DNA of 38,409 nucleotides from an uncultured Actinomycetes bacterium (GTDB taxonomy: Bacteria > Actinomycetota > Actinomycetes > Nanopelagicales > Nanopelagicaceae). The position numbers and the translations under genes were made by a program. The stretch lies in the NCBI GenBank assembly GCA_964647945.1, contig CAZYJU010000002.1, forward strand, positions 15,327 through 53,735, in the 5' to 3' direction. Within the stretch, counting starts at the first letter, position 1; every line of letters starts with the position of its first letter. The notes beneath the pieces were generated by a model. It was not told the DNA's origin. It ran no database searches and was given only the letters and a program-made list of their open reading frames with translations. Below are positions 37,585 to 38,409 of this stretch, in pieces.

Positions 37585-38409
37585 ATGACCGGCTACCGTG
37601 CGATTCCGGCCTCCATTGACTTACCAAAGATGGAGCGCGAGATCCTCTCATTCTGGGAGAGCAACGCCATCTTTCATCAAAGCGTCCAAATGCATGAAGG
37701 CATGAGTTCATGGACCTTCTACGAGGGGCCACCAACTGCAAATGGAATGCCAGGTACCCATCACATCGAAGCTCGCGTTTTCAAAGATGTTTTCCCACGT
37801 TATCAAACGATGAAAGGTCACCAAGTCGTTAGAAAAGCAGGTTGGGATTGCCATGGTCTTCCTGTAGAGATCGCAGTGGAAAAGGAACTTGGATTCTCTG
37901 GAAAAGGCGATATTGAGAAATTCGGAATTGCAAAATTCAATGAGAAATGTCGTGAATCAGTACAACGCCATGTTGATGCCTTTACAACCATGACCAATCG
38001 CATGGGGTTCTGGGTTGATTTCGATCAAGCTTATTGGACGATGTCTCCAGAATATGTTGAATCAGTTTGGTGGAGTTTAAAAGAGATCTGGAAAAAAGGG
38101 CTGCTGGTTCAAGATCACCGCGTTGCTCCGTATTGCCCAAGATGCGGAACTGGGCTCTCTGATCACGAACTATCGCAAGGATATGAGACCGTAACGGATC
38201 CTTCTGTCTATGTACGTTTTCCGATCACAAGCGGTGATTTAAAAGAGCTCAATGCTAATTTCTTAGTTTGGACCACTACCCCATGGACATTGATTTCAAA
38301 TACTGCGATTGCTGCAAATAGTGAAGTCGATTATGTAGCAGTCAAGGTTACTAAGGATGACGTTTCCGAAGTTTTGGTACTCGCAGAAGCGCTTCTTTCG
38401 AAGCTAGAT
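37585..38409 (+). CDS. ileS: Isoleucine--tRNA ligase, N-terminal 275 codons; the gene runs off the window
   Basis: My own translation gives MTGYRAIPASIDLPKMEREILSFWESN...YEGPPTANGMPGTHHIEARVFKD...GWDCHGLPVEIAVEKELG...TTTPWTLISNTA. It is open to the window end, which is why it is absent from the ORF track (no stop codon). Confidence 0.9.
   Translation, partial: MTGYRAIPASIDLPKMEREILSFWESNAIFHQSVQMHEGMSSWTFYEGPPTANGMPGTHHIEARVFKDVFPRYQTMKGHQVVRKAGWDCHGLPVEIAVEKELGFSGKGDIEKFGIAKFNEKCRESVQRHVDAFTTMTNRMGFWVDFDQAYWTMSPEYVESVWWSLKEIWKKGLLVQDHRVAPYCPRCGTGLSDHELSQGYETVTDPSVYVRFPITSGDLKELNANFLVWTTTPWTLISNTAIAANSEVDYVAVKVTKDDVSEVLVLAEALLSKLD

Noticed and set aside
1-38409. Search for a defence island, CRISPR array, integrase or transposase, toxin-antitoxin pair or other accessory system
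   Set aside because: Every sizeable ORF has a confident housekeeping assignment, and gene order matches conserved actinobacterial core synteny. There are no spaced direct repeats, no recombinase-like ORFs and no unexplained gaps above about 160 nt. I do not think the window holds a novel multi-gene system beyond the small-scale oddities listed.

Overview
This window is a densely packed core-genome segment of a moderately low-GC, apparently genome-streamlined actinobacterium. The phylum assignment is an inference from gene order, which from memory mirrors the M. tuberculosis neighbourhoods ileS / lspA-rluD-dnaE1 / hisDCBH-priA-hisFI / trpE-Rv1610-trpCBA-lgt / pykA / pdtaR / polA / rpsA. I call 35 protein-coding genes, counting a partial ileS and a 52-codon sORF missing from the ORF track, plus one tRNA. 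Every gene from 37507 down to 5746 (30 CDS and the tRNA) is on the minus strand, with many 1-, 4- or 8-nt start/stop overlaps and almost no terminator-like structures. Contents are:
- rpsA, an MFS transporter, polA and a hotdog thioesterase
- livKHMGF
- an ANTAR response regulator (PdtaR-like) directly abutting a tRNA
- pyk, gltBD, a VIT-family metal transporter and lgt
- a DsbA-like/MauE-DoxX pair
- trpE-sORF-trpCBA and hisDCBH-priA-hisFI
- dnaE, rluD, lspA, a Lys-rich DksA/TraR zinc-finger protein and ileS

I see no mobile elements, CRISPR, toxin-antitoxin or recognisable defence genes, and no convincing novel multi-gene system. The items most worth follow-up are small-scale:
1. A translationally coupled membrane sORF between trpE and trpC.
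2. A tRNA whose 3' end lies 1 nt from the pdtaR-like start codon.
3. That same tRNA having a Leu (CAA) anticodon on a short-variable-loop body.
4. lspA, whose conserved first TM helix lies upstream of any canonical start codon.
5. A histone-tail-like N-terminus on the DksA/TraR protein.
6. A recurring TANNNT-N6-start arrangement suggesting leaderless mRNAs, including ileS, where a T-box would be expected.
7. A DsbA/MauE pair coupled between trpA and lgt.

All product calls come from reading motifs in the supplied translations; no database search was run.
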